Made by a program: the position numbers and the translations under genes. From Spirochaetota bacterium (GTDB lineage: Bacteria > Spirochaetota > JAGLSM01 > JAKPMW01), in contig JAITCI010000020.1 in NCBI GenBank assembly GCA_031283155.1, positions 27,414 to 91,413 on the forward strand: a stretch of 64,000 nt of DNA. The letters are read 5' to 3'. Below the pieces are notes generated by a model. It ran no database searches. It was not told the origin of the DNA and was given only the letters and a program-made list of their open reading frames with translations. Position 1 is the stretch's first letter; every line of letters begins with the position of its first letter. Shown here one piece after another: positions 38,301-48,424 of this stretch.

Positions 38301-39652
38301 TATACCGGAACGCTGGCCGCCAAAACCAGAAGCGCAAAGAGCGAGGTGGATGTCCAGGCCAGCAGGCTTGCGATCATCATGATCAGGGTCAGCGCAATAT
38401 ATATGGCGGGAAAGAGCGGGAAGAGCGGAACCTTCCAGGGGCGCGCGAGATCGGGGCGGCGTATGCGCAGGACGATAAGCCCGGCAACCGCGATCAGCGG
38501 GAATACCGAAAGCGCAAAACCCATATACTGCATCAGCATCTCCGCCGAACCCAGAAAGATATAGGTGATCGAGACCGCCGCCTGCAGGAGAATGGCGCGG
38601 TGCGGTGTCTCATAGCGTTCATGGAGCGCCCCCAGACTCCGGAAGAGCATACGATCCCGCGCCATCGCGTAGGAGACGCGCGGACCGATAAAAATCTGGG
38701 ATGAAATTGCGGAGAGCAGAATGACCGCAATCCCGAGACTGAAAAAGCGCGCGGCCTCCGGTCCAAAGAGTCCGCCTGCTGCCACCGCGCCCACAGCGCC
38801 CTGCCCCGCGAGTTCCTCAATCGGAACCGCGAGCAGATACACAATGTTGAACAAAAAATAAACAACCATGATCCCAAACGCGCTCCAGAAGAGGGCGCGC
38901 GGGAGATTTTTCGCGGGATCCTTGATCTCGCCCGCGATATAGGCGGAGGCGTTCCAGCCGGAATAGGCAAACATCACGATAAGCAGGGTAAGCGCGATCT
39001 CGGGAAGCGCGGGGACGGGCGCGGTGGGATGCAGAATCCATGCGAGACCGCCCGCAAGGGAAGCCGCCTGCGCGTCAAAGCCCGCGCTGAGGCGCTCGGT
39101 ATGTGCGCCCCCAGCCGCGATCAATCCGCCTATAACCAGCGCCAACACAATAAGAACCTTTATAACGGTAAGAATATTTTGCAGCAAGGTTCCGCGCCGC
39201 ACCCCCATGATGTGCATACAGGAGAAAAAAACGATGATCCCCGCCGCGAGAAATTTCTGAAAAACCGCGTCGGCAAAGAGCGAGTCTGCGGCTACGCTCG
39301 TCATAAAATTCGCGAGATACTCGGTAAAAACCAGGGCGCAGGCAGCGACAGCCGCCGAGAAGCCTACGGTCAGCGAAACCCAGCCCGTCATAAACGCGGG
39401 AAGTTTCCCAAAGGTATTTTTCAGGTATACGTACTCCCCGCCCACCTCCGGCCAGATGGAGGCAAGCTCGGCGTAGGAGAGCGCGCCGGCTATCGCGGCC
39501 GCACCCCCGATGAGCCAGAGTACAAGCACGAGACCCGCCTGCCCCATATCCGCAAGGGCATAGCCCGTGGTACCAAAAATCCCTGTTCCAATCATATTGC
39601 CGACGATGACGCACACGGCGGTAAAGAGTCCGATGTTTCGCTTTAATTCCAT
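38249..39652 (-). CDS. APC-family amino acid permease
   Basis: 12-TM-like hydrophobic profile with an APC-type N-terminal consensus (GLFTAVCVIVGNMIGTGIF). Confidence 0.8.
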   Translation of the reverse strand: MELKRNIGLFTAVCVIVGNMIGTGIFGTTGYALADMGQAGLVLVLWLIGGAAAIAGALSYAELASIWPEVGGEYVYLKNTFGKLPAFMTGWVSLTVGFSAAVAACALVFTEYLANFMTSVAADSLFADAVFQKFLAAGIIVFFSCMHIMGVRRGTLLQNILTVIKVLIVLALVIGGLIAAGGAHTERLSAGFDAQAASLAGGLAWILHPTAPVPALPEIALTLLIVMFAYSGWNASAYIAGEIKDPAKNLPRALFWSAFGIMVVYFLFNIVYLLAVPIEELAGQGAVGAVAAGGLFGPEAARFFSLGIAVILLSAISSQIFIGPRVSYAMARDRMLFRSLGALHERYETPHRAILLQAAVSITYIFLGSAEMLMQYMGFALSVFPLIAVAGLIVLRIRRPDLARPWKVPLFPLFPAIYIALTLIMMIASLLAWTSTSLFALLVLAASVPVYYIWRFFAMTRLDAPRV

Positions 39653-39696
39653 GCCTGCTCCCGATTATTATCCATAATTGCGCAGCGCCTCGAATA

Positions 39697-41088
39697 TCAA
39701 GGCACCGGAAGGAAAACCGTAAAAACCGCGCCCGTTCTGTCCGCCATGTTCGCGGCGGTAATACTCCCGCCGCAGGCCTCAACCGCCTCGCGCGCTATCG
39801 CAAGCCCAAGCCCGGCACCTCCCGATTTTCGCGCGCGCGCCTCGTCCGCGCGATAAAAACGCTCAAACACCATCGGCAGCGCTTCCTCAGAAATGCCCGG
39901 CCCGTCGTCCGTTACCCGCAGCTGTATCCGGCTGCCATCTCTGCGCGCGTCGAGTTCAATCTTCCCCTGCTCCCGCCCATACTTGAGCGCGTTTTGCATA
40001 AGATTATCGAAGACCCGGTACAAAGCGGCGCTGTCGGCAAGCACACGCAGATCAGATTCCGCAAACGAAAGTTCCAGGCGTATACCCTTTTCCTCCGCGA
40101 GCGGGTGAAAGCGCTCGGCGACCTTGCGCATAAAGGGCTCAATCGCAAGCGGAGTACACTGCGGACGCCCGGCATTCTCCAGTTCCCAGATCGCGCGCAA
40201 ATCGTTGATGATCTTTTCCAGACGCAAAGTCTCATCCAAAAGGGAGGAAAGCTGCGAAGCGTCCATGAAGAGCACCCCATCGCGAAGCCCCTCAAGATGC
40301 GCTTTCAGGATAGACACCGGGGTGCGCAATTCATGGGCAATATCGGAGGTCATGCGTGTGCGCAAACGCTCCTTGAGTTCCAGAGCGTCGGCCATGCCAT
40401 TAAAACTTTGGATGAGAGCGCTTATCTCGCGCGCGGAGCGGGTAAGACCAAAGCGCGCGGGCAGCGTGTCCAAACGCGCGCCCATCTCGCCGCCCGCTAT
40501 ACGCGCAGCCGCCCACGACGCCGACTCCAGCGGGCGCGCTATCGAGCGCGAGACAAACCAGGAGATCAGCGAAAGCAGCAATACCGCGAGAATCGAAACA
40601 TAGATGAGCATGGAGTTGACGCCATCCATAAAGACTTCTTCAATGACGCCCCCGGGGCGGCGGACGTAGGCGCTGAAAACTATGCTGCCCACATCGCGCT
40701 CCTCCGTTTGCAGCGATGCGCTATACTCTTTTATGGGATCGGCGCGATCATTTCTGTTCCCGCGTACACTCTCGCTGCGCACACCATCACCGCGTGTACC
40801 TTCGCTGCGCGTCTCGATCAAAAGCTGCCCTTCGGGATTATAAACGCGCGCCTCGCGAACGCCATAGCGCCGCATCGCGCCGCGCAGCAGGCGCTCCGAT
40901 ATCGGCGCGTCCTCTCCCAGGAATGAAGCAACAAGCCGCACAAAATCCGTCTGCCGCCGCTCCTCGCCCTGCCGCGCAAATTCCTCAAAGCGATTGGAAA
41001 CAGAATTGTGTATGCCCGCGATGCTGCCGACATACACCAGGATGGCCGCGACGCCATACAAAAGCATGAGCTGTGTTTGCAGGCGCAT
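39697..41088 (-). CDS. sensor histidine kinase (HAMP-HisKA-HATPase)
   Basis: HisKA H-box (SDIAHELRTP) and N/G1/G2 ATP-lid boxes (NLMQNALKY, DDGPGI, GGAGLGL). Confidence 0.85.
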   Translation of the reverse strand: MRLQTQLMLLYGVAAILVYVGSIAGIHNSVSNRFEEFARQGEERRQTDFVRLVASFLGEDAPISERLLRGAMRRYGVREARVYNPEGQLLIETRSEGTRGDGVRSESVRGNRNDRADPIKEYSASLQTEERDVGSIVFSAYVRRPGGVIEEVFMDGVNSMLIYVSILAVLLLSLISWFVSRSIARPLESASWAAARIAGGEMGARLDTLPARFGLTRSAREISALIQSFNGMADALELKERLRTRMTSDIAHELRTPVSILKAHLEGLRDGVLFMDASQLSSLLDETLRLEKIINDLRAIWELENAGRPQCTPLAIEPFMRKVAERFHPLAEEKGIRLELSFAESDLRVLADSAALYRVFDNLMQNALKYGREQGKIELDARRDGSRIQLRVTDDGPGISEEALPMVFERFYRADEARARKSGGAGLGLAIAREAVEACGGSITAANMADRTGAVFTVFLPVP

Positions 41089-41094
41089 ACAGAT

Positions 41095-41784
41095 TTACTC
41101 GCCACTGCCCGGAGCGGAACGATACCCCACCCCGTGGACTGTTTCAATGATGCGCGCATTCACGCCCAGTTTGCGGCGTAAATTTTTTATGTGGCTGTCT
41201 ATGGTGCGCTCCATGCTTTCGTAATCGTAGCCCAGCACTATGGCTGCAAGCTGGGCGCGCCTGTATACCTTGCCGGGATGTTTCAGCAGCTCAAACAGAA
41301 GATCAAATTCTGTGGCCGTGAGCGGAAGGGGTTGCCCCTGCGTAAAAACGGTACGCGATTCGGGATGGAGTTCCAGATCGCCCGCGCGGATAACCGCCTC
41401 ATCCTCAGCGAGGGCGCGGCCTGCGCGCTTCAAAACGGCGCGTATCCGCGCAACCACCTCGCGCGGCGAAAAGGGTTTGGTGATATAATCATCCGCGCCC
41501 AGTTCAAACCCTTGCAGGCGCTCCCACTCTTCGCTGCGCGCCGTGAGCATAATAATCGGGGTATCGCCCTTTTGCCGAATCGCGGCAGCGACGCGCTCGC
41601 CGGAGAGGACAGGCAGCATCATGTCCAGCAGGATGAGATCGGGATGACATTCGTCATATTGCTCCAATCCCTTTTTCCCGTCCTCCGCCTCGCACACCCG
41701 AAACCCTTCGCGCACAAGATAGGCGCGCAATACGTCCCGTATCTTCGCTTCATCTTCGATAAGCAATATTATTCGCTCGGACAC
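41095..41784 (-). CDS. OmpR-family response regulator
   Basis: REC domain (ILLIEDE ... LILLDMMLP) and C-terminal winged-helix trans_reg_C domain. Forms an operon with the downstream kinase. Confidence 0.9.
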   Translation of the reverse strand: MSERIILLIEDEAKIRDVLRAYLVREGFRVCEAEDGKKGLEQYDECHPDLILLDMMLPVLSGERVAAAIRQKGDTPIIMLTARSEEWERLQGFELGADDYITKPFSPREVVARIRAVLKRAGRALAEDEAVIRAGDLELHPESRTVFTQGQPLPLTATEFDLLFELLKHPGKVYRRAQLAAIVLGYDYESMERTIDSHIKNLRRKLGVNARIIETVHGVGYRSAPGSGE

Positions 41785-41849
41785 TCAAACTCCTCCCGGG
41801 GGCTGACTCAAAGGGAATCAATGCGAAAACGGAAATATATATCGCGCGG

Positions 41850-42716
41850 CTATAAGCGGCAATGCACAAGTTCGGTGACAATAATACCGCGGCAGCCGAG
41901 CGCCTCCAGACTGTCCATGCAGGTTTGTACACTCGCTTTTTCCGCCATAACCTTAACGGCAAGCCAGGCTTTGCTGTCGGTATTTTGGATAGTAGGCGAA
42001 GAATAACCGGGCGTGATTTTTTTTGCCTCGCTGAGTTTTTCTGCCGGACAGTTATACTCCAGCATGATCCAATTCGCCGCCAGAAACACCCCTTCAATCC
42101 GGCGCAGGAGCTTATCCCGCAGCGCGGAATCGCGCGGAGTGGCATTGCCAACCAGCACCGCCTCGGACAGAAGCGCAACCTCGCGCTCGACGAGATCATG
42201 CTCCCGCAGGCTGCTGCCGGTCTCCACGAGATCCAAAATACCGTCCACAAGTCCAAGAAGCACCATGACCTCGACCGCTCCGTTGATCTCAATAATCCGC
42301 ACATTGGGAATGGAGTGAGACTCAAAATACGCTGCGGCGCTTCTGACGAATTTTGTTCCAATGGTTTTTCCGCTGAAATCGGCTGCACATTTGATGCCGG
42401 AATCCGCATGGCTCGCGAATGAAAGCCGACACTGCCCAAAACCGAGCCGCCGATGCTCGACCAACTGGATACCCTTCTCGTACACAAGATCACTGCCGGT
42501 GATACCAAGATCAACCACGCAGGAACCCACCAGGGCGGGAATGTCCTGCGCGTTCACAAAAATAACCATCGTGTTCATCTCGTCGCACAACGCGAAAAGC
42601 TGCCGCCCATGCACATGAAACTTGAGCCCCGACTTTTTCAGGAGATCGATGGACTGATCCATCAACCGCCCCTTGGAAGGAACCGCAATCCGAAGATCAG
42701 CGTTGTCCTGTAGCAT
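41850..42716 (-). CDS. hisG: ATP phosphoribosyltransferase (long form)
   Basis: HisG catalytic and C-terminal regulatory domain pattern (LRIAVPSKGRL ... DLVETGSSLREH). Confidence 0.85.
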   Translation of the reverse strand: MLQDNADLRIAVPSKGRLMDQSIDLLKKSGLKFHVHGRQLFALCDEMNTMVIFVNAQDIPALVGSCVVDLGITGSDLVYEKGIQLVEHRRLGFGQCRLSFASHADSGIKCAADFSGKTIGTKFVRSAAAYFESHSIPNVRIIEINGAVEVMVLLGLVDGILDLVETGSSLREHDLVEREVALLSEAVLVGNATPRDSALRDKLLRRIEGVFLAANWIMLEYNCPAEKLSEAKKITPGYSSPTIQNTDSKAWLAVKVMAEKASVQTCMDSLEALGCRGIIVTELVHCRL

Positions 42717-43059
42717 ATCCGCCCCCAGTTTTTCGCGCTTCTTTTTCCTCGATGCCGCCTATCCCAAAACGCCGCGCAAGCGCCTCGCCGATGGCGTCCG
42801 GATGTATGCCCTTCGCGCCGAGCATGACCAGCATATGAAAGAAGAGATCGGCGGCCTCATGTACAAAATGATCAGCATCATCTTCGGCGGCGGCTTCGCA
42901 AAATTCATTCGCTTCTTCAAGCACCTTGCGGGCAATGGCCGCATGACCGCCGGCATAGAGGCTCGCGACGTAACTTTTCGGGGGCGGATTTTTGATCCGA
43001 TCCAGAATGACCTGATAGAGTTTGTTTATGATATCTTCCACAATATCAAAGATAAGCAA
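42697..43059 (-). CDS. hisE: phosphoribosyl-ATP pyrophosphohydrolase
   Basis: HisE/MazG-like motif (KVLEEANEFCEAA ... EAADLFFHMLVML). Overlaps hisG by 20 nt. Confidence 0.8.
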   Translation of the reverse strand: MLIFDIVEDIINKLYQVILDRIKNPPPKSYVASLYAGGHAAIARKVLEEANEFCEAAAEDDADHFVHEAADLFFHMLVMLGAKGIHPDAIGEALARRFGIGGIEEKEARKTGGGYATGQR

Positions 43060-43077
43060 AAACCCGAAAAGAGGGCG

Positions 43078-44730
43078 TTACTCTGTTCGCTGCCGCAAAA
43101 ATTCAAAATACAGAATCGATTGATCGTCTTCCAGTTGGGCACCTGCCGCATGAGCCGAAACCGTTTTAACAAGCCCTGAAACAAAGTCGTCGGGATGGAG
43201 ATCGCTATGCGTTTGCACATACTCCGAGAGGCGCGCTTCGCCGTAGGGCTCATCGTTTTCATTGAGTACGTCAATCAGACCATTCGTAAAAAGCAGAACC
43301 CGGTCGCCGGGTTCAAGCTGAACGGTTTGCGATTCGTATTTCCCTTCCTCGCGCACACCGATATACACTCCGGAGGCATGCAATTTTTCAATCGTTTCGC
43401 TCTGCGCGCGCCAAAGGTACGCAGCCCGATGCCCGGCGCTTGCGTAATGAAATAATCCCGTATCGAGCTCAATAACGCCGTAATAGGCCGTAAGAAAATG
43501 CCCGAGATCCGCGACCAGGGTATGGAGTTCATCGTTTACACGGCGGCAGGTTTCGGCGGGCGTGATCCCGTGGTGCCCGCTCGCGCGGAACAGGGTTTTG
43601 GCGAGGGTATTTACGAGAGCCGCAAAAACGCCGTGTACGGAAAGATCGGCCACGAGAAAGCTATAGGTGCTTCTTCCGATGCGCGCCGTATCGTAAAAAC
43701 TTCCTCCAATTGTGCCAATCGGAATATAACGCGCGGCGATAGAGAGTTCGGGAACCATCCCGAGACTCTCCTCGTCGGGGAACATGCTCTTTTGAACGCG
43801 CCGCGCCATTTCAACCTCGGCAAGAAACTGCTGGCTGATGGTGGTCAGTTCCTCATTTGCGCTGTGCAGTTCCGCAGTGCGCTGATCGACCATAGACTGC
43901 AGGTTTTTTGAATATCCCTGTATCTCTTCTTTTTGCGACGCGATCTCATCAAAGCTCCTCTTGAGTTCATGGCTCATATTACTGATGGCCTGCGCAAGAA
44001 ATCCGATCTCGTCCCTGGCGTCCAGCCTGATCTCAACCTCAAAATTGCCGCGCGCAATCTCCTCCGCGCTTGTCGTCAGGATACGCAGCGGCTGCACCAC
44101 AAGCCGCATCAGGAACCATATAAGGGTTCCCGCAATAAACGCGATCAGGATGAGCATGGTAAAAACAAAGGCGAGGCGGGTGTTGGCGACGGTTCGGTAC
44201 GCCAATTCCAGGGAGAAGATCATCTCCACCGATCCCAGCACCTTGCGTTCCCCGCCGCCCTCATATACGCAGGGTTCTGTCTTTCGGAGCCAATACTTTT
44301 CCGGAACCGGAATCTCGCCGGGTTCGCGCCCATTTAAGTGCAGCTTTTTCCCGGGCGTACCTTCCGCCCCGGGATTGCCGCGCACTATAACCGAAAGCAC
44401 GTCGGCCTCCAGTCCCTCGGACTTCTGGAGCATCTCGGCGGTTTCATGGATGATAAAATAAGTAAATCGTTCAATATTGTAGGCGCTGATCGCGGCAACA
44501 AACTCGATGAGTTTATCGGCGCTGCGCTCCTTTTCGGCTATCAGCGAACGCTCCTGCATCCCAATCAGCATCCAGCCGCCAATCGTCATGATCACAATAA
44601 GAAGCAGGATGATGGCGAGTGAAAATTTGATGGATAAACGAAAACGCACTTCCGAATTTGATTTTGCGCCTGTTTTCCGGCTGTGTTCGGCAGTGCCTGA
44701 ATTTTTTGCAGATTTGACGCTTTCGGACAT
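43078..44730 (-). CDS. HAMP-domain PP2C-type (SpoIIE/RsbU-like) serine phosphatase
   Basis: TM segments, HAMP, then PP2C motifs (GGSFYD ... LVADLSVHG ... LFTNGLIDVLNE). Confidence 0.8.
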   Translation of the reverse strand: MSESVKSAKNSGTAEHSRKTGAKSNSEVRFRLSIKFSLAIILLLIVIMTIGGWMLIGMQERSLIAEKERSADKLIEFVAAISAYNIERFTYFIIHETAEMLQKSEGLEADVLSVIVRGNPGAEGTPGKKLHLNGREPGEIPVPEKYWLRKTEPCVYEGGGERKVLGSVEMIFSLELAYRTVANTRLAFVFTMLILIAFIAGTLIWFLMRLVVQPLRILTTSAEEIARGNFEVEIRLDARDEIGFLAQAISNMSHELKRSFDEIASQKEEIQGYSKNLQSMVDQRTAELHSANEELTTISQQFLAEVEMARRVQKSMFPDEESLGMVPELSIAARYIPIGTIGGSFYDTARIGRSTYSFLVADLSVHGVFAALVNTLAKTLFRASGHHGITPAETCRRVNDELHTLVADLGHFLTAYYGVIELDTGLFHYASAGHRAAYLWRAQSETIEKLHASGVYIGVREEGKYESQTVQLEPGDRVLLFTNGLIDVLNENDEPYGEARLSEYVQTHSDLHPDDFVSGLVKTVSAHAAGAQLEDDQSILYFEFLRQRTE

Positions 44731-44741
44731 ACTGTCCCCTT

Positions 44742-45785
44742 TTATTTTCCCCAGGTATTGATGACGGCAATACGCTCATTTTTGATCATCTCTTCAACCC
44801 TTCCGAGTTCATCAAGAAGCGCCGCCGGAAACAACGATTTTGTATACTCCATGCCGGTGAGGCTAATCCCTCCGTTCCTGTAATCAAAACGGTAGCTTTC
44901 CCCGCGCAAGCCGCCCGCAATGCGGTACTCCAGCAGCCTGACCAGAGCAACATCAAGGCGCTTGAGCATACTGGTGAGTACATACCCGGGCGCCATGTGA
45001 TCCTGATCGGAGTCCACCCCAATAACGTAATGCCCGCTCTCCTGCGCCGCGCGGATGATACCATTTCCGCTGGCACCCGCTGCGGCGTAGATGATATCCA
45101 TATCCTCGGCATACATTTCCATGGCCATCTCGTACCCGCGCTTGGGATCGCTGAACCCCGAAAAATCCGGAAGGAGCGAAATATGGCGCGTGATGATCGT
45201 ACAGACCGGATCGCCGTATTGTACACCCTGCCGGAAGCCTGCCTCAAAATCCCTGACCGAGGCGACGTCTACCCCGCCCAGAAAACCAATCCGCTTGGTT
45301 TTGGAAAAACGCGCCGCCAGAAAACCCGCGGCGAAGGATCCCTCATTTTGCGCAAATTCGGCGGTCGCCAGATTGGGCAGGTGATACCCCTCGTCATAAT
45401 CGAAAAGGATAAAAACAATATCGGGGTATTTGCGCGCAAGGGCGTAAATGATCGGTCCCATCAGAAACCCTTCGCCGGCGAGAATCACATTGCATTTATC
45501 CTTTTGAATCATGTCCTCAAAAAGTGCCTCAAGGGTTTTTTCATCGTCATCCGGGGGTATACGCAGCACCGCGTCTATGTCAAAGCGCGTGTATGCCTGA
45601 ATGAGTCCGTTATAAAGCATATCGTTGAAGGATTGATCACCCAAACCGTGCGAACTCAGGGCAAGCCCCGCGCGTACAGCCTTTGCCGGAGTTTCCAGAC
45701 TGGCTATGGTACCGGAACGCTCGGGAAGGCAGGATCCCAAAAAACAGGCAACCCCAAGCAAGATAAAAATACAGTACCGCTTCAT
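44742..45785 (-). CDS. BMP-family (Med/PnrA/TmpC-like) ABC-transporter substrate-binding lipoprotein
   Basis: Lipobox (FLGSC) and the BMP-family pattern. GGAGGA RBS before the ATG at 45785. Confidence 0.8.
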   Translation of the reverse strand: MKRYCIFILLGVACFLGSCLPERSGTIASLETPAKAVRAGLALSSHGLGDQSFNDMLYNGLIQAYTRFDIDAVLRIPPDDDEKTLEALFEDMIQKDKCNVILAGEGFLMGPIIYALARKYPDIVFILFDYDEGYHLPNLATAEFAQNEGSFAAGFLAARFSKTKRIGFLGGVDVASVRDFEAGFRQGVQYGDPVCTIITRHISLLPDFSGFSDPKRGYEMAMEMYAEDMDIIYAAAGASGNGIIRAAQESGHYVIGVDSDQDHMAPGYVLTSMLKRLDVALVRLLEYRIAGGLRGESYRFDYRNGGISLTGMEYTKSLFPAALLDELGRVEEMIKNERIAVINTWGK

Positions 45786-45856
45786 CCTGCATCCTCCGTA
45801 TCCAGCAAACCCAGTGTACCATGTTTGGGAACCGGAAGGAAGAAAAAATACCATTT

Positions 45857-48364
45857 CTAGCCAATAAAGCGTTTTTTCATAAAATGCTCAAGCATGGCCG
45901 GCAGCATGATCACCGAGGTGAGCCAAAGTATCATCATGCCGAGAACCGCAAGCCCGCCGATGGAACGCAAACCCGGATGATTCGCGATCAACATACCCGC
46001 ATACCCCAGCATGGTGGTAAAGGAGCAGAGGAAGAGCGGGACTATCAGCTCGGCCACGGTTTTTTTGGTCTCGCCTTTGTATTCCTTCCAGCGCGTAAAC
46101 ATATGGACGCCGTTGTCCACACCCATACCGAGGAGCGCGGGGATCATGATCACGTTAAACAGGTTCAGATGCATACCCAAAAGCACCATGATTCCGAAAA
46201 TAAACACGAGTCCGCTGATGAGCGGAATCATCACAAACAGCGATTCACGCATAACCCGGAGTTCCAGCCAGACAAGAACGAACACACCCAGGAAGGTTAA
46301 AGCAACAAGCCACACAGCCTCGCCCTTGATGATTTTGACTATCTCGGCGTATACGGGGGTTTCGCCCACCGGCCCCACAACACCGCCAATATCGAGCTTA
46401 TCACGCGCCGCCTGCGATTCCGGGATGAGTCTGTATAATTCCTCGGTGAAACGGATCGCGTTTCCGGAATTTTTCCTTTCCGCTGCGGGTATAACGCCGG
46501 CCAGATACTTATTTTCGCCGTCTTTGGAAAGAAATGAACTGGCGAGCAAATCGGGAAGTTCCTGAATTTTCGGCGGAGATGGATTTTCGCCCATATCCCA
46601 GTCGCGCATTTCGCTTATCCATTTTTTCCGGTCGGGGTTTTCGATTCGCTCAATCCAGGTGCCTTCGCGCATCTCCTCCTGGATATCCCGCAAAAGCAGA
46701 AGCCGCTCCTTCCAGATCAGACTGCCCGGATCCGGGGCATAATCGCGGACGCTGCGCGTCACGCCAACCATGGTGGTATTGGTGGTATACCGGACTACTT
46801 CGCGCCCCTCAACCATATTTGTAACGGGGCTGCTGAGATAGGTTTTCGCGCGCATACGGTTCTCAAAGATATCCAGCGCTTTATCGAGACTTAACACATC
46901 GTCGGCCATAAAAACCGCCCCGGGCGATACGCCGCCGGAGTAGATCTTGCCGCGCGCCGCGCGCGCTTCCGCAAGACCGGGATCGGCGCTTTTGTCAAAC
47001 TGCAGGGTACTGAAACCTGCGTCAAATTTCATGCCTGCGCCGGCAAGTACAACAAAGAACACCATCAACACGAGCGCAATGATCGCGGCGCGCCGCGAAA
47101 GCACAAAGGCTTTATCATTGCGATGATCTTTGGCCCGCAAAAACCCAAAACGAGCAGCAACGACCAGCATCGGCGGCATACACACAAGCATGGAGGCAAG
47201 GATGCTGATGATGACAATGACGGAGATGATCCCGAATTCCGAGAAACCGCGAAAACCCGATATCATGAGAATCGCGAGCGCGAATGCGGTGGTGAAACCC
47301 GAAACAAGCACCGACGGCCCCGTGTTGCGGTAGGCCGCCACAAGCGCCTCCGCGAAGGGCATTTCGCACATCTCCTGCTCCACGCGCTTAACCAGGTGGA
47401 TAGCGTAATCTATACCCATACCCGTGAGAATCACTATGAGAAAAGACGTAATAAGGTTGAGACTCTTAACCGTGATCGGAATAAACGCAAAACCCCATAT
47501 CATACCCACCACAAGCGGAATGAGCACCACCAAAGCCGTTCGCAGGGAGCGAAAACCAATAACTGTCACCAGCAGGATCAGACAGCCGGAAACTATGGTC
47601 GCGATAGCGAGATCCTTGTTGATAAGGTTGAATTCTTCTATTTTGTTGCAATGCGACCCCGCGACGTCCGCCCATACCGAATACTCTTTCCCAATATCCG
47701 CCGCAATATTGGTGAGGCTTGTATACAGATCGGACACCTGCTGGAATTCATCGATCCCATTGGTTGTGCGGATGATGATCCCCAGGTTTTTACCATCAGC
47801 GGAAAAATGATAGGGGGTAAGCGAGGCGAAGTGGCGGACATTTACTTCTATGCCCTCTTCATTGGAGTTGTGTACACTCTCTTCATCGTCCGCTATATCC
47901 CCTGTGCCGCCCGCAAGCAGATTTACGCCGGCGGGAGAAAGTTCCGATTTCCAGCCGAGTATCTTGTCGTAGATCTGCTCCAGATAATCATTCGGAACCA
48001 GCAGATACCGATACTTTCTGAAAAATTCCACTGGCCACTCGTATTCCGCGGTATAGATGCCGGGAAGCGGCTGGATACGCCGCGCCGCCTCGGTAGCAGC
48101 CTGCACCAGGGTATTGCTCTCGTCGGAGTTTATAATCATGGTAAAATACCCGCCGTCTCCGGTGATCGCGGAAAGGGTGCGCGTATTTTTGGAGGCGCGG
48201 CTGTCTGTGGGCAGGAGGCGTACCAGATTCGGATCGATGAATATCTTCTGCACCTCTATAACGGCGGGTATGGTGACGAGCGCGATGATCGCGAGCAGCC
48301 GGTACGGGTGCCGCAATGAATACTGACAAACAGCCAGCATGATTTTTTTCAGAAAAGTATACAT
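45857..48364 (-). CDS. MMPL/RND-superfamily exporter (paralog 1)
   Basis: Two TM bundles separated by large periplasmic loops, with the MMPL signature. 835 aa. Confidence 0.8.
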   Translation of the reverse strand: MYTFLKKIMLAVCQYSLRHPYRLLAIIALVTIPAVIEVQKIFIDPNLVRLLPTDSRASKNTRTLSAITGDGGYFTMIINSDESNTLVQAATEAARRIQPLPGIYTAEYEWPVEFFRKYRYLLVPNDYLEQIYDKILGWKSELSPAGVNLLAGGTGDIADDEESVHNSNEEGIEVNVRHFASLTPYHFSADGKNLGIIIRTTNGIDEFQQVSDLYTSLTNIAADIGKEYSVWADVAGSHCNKIEEFNLINKDLAIATIVSGCLILLVTVIGFRSLRTALVVLIPLVVGMIWGFAFIPITVKSLNLITSFLIVILTGMGIDYAIHLVKRVEQEMCEMPFAEALVAAYRNTGPSVLVSGFTTAFALAILMISGFRGFSEFGIISVIVIISILASMLVCMPPMLVVAARFGFLRAKDHRNDKAFVLSRRAAIIALVLMVFFVVLAGAGMKFDAGFSTLQFDKSADPGLAEARAARGKIYSGGVSPGAVFMADDVLSLDKALDIFENRMRAKTYLSSPVTNMVEGREVVRYTTNTTMVGVTRSVRDYAPDPGSLIWKERLLLLRDIQEEMREGTWIERIENPDRKKWISEMRDWDMGENPSPPKIQELPDLLASSFLSKDGENKYLAGVIPAAERKNSGNAIRFTEELYRLIPESQAARDKLDIGGVVGPVGETPVYAEIVKIIKGEAVWLVALTFLGVFVLVWLELRVMRESLFVMIPLISGLVFIFGIMVLLGMHLNLFNVIMIPALLGMGVDNGVHMFTRWKEYKGETKKTVAELIVPLFLCSFTTMLGYAGMLIANHPGLRSIGGLAVLGMMILWLTSVIMLPAMLEHFMKKRFIG

Positions 48365-48424
48365 TTCGTTTTACCGTTCTTTCCGCAGCAGTATTCTCAG
48401 GAGATTCCTTAATTGAATTACACC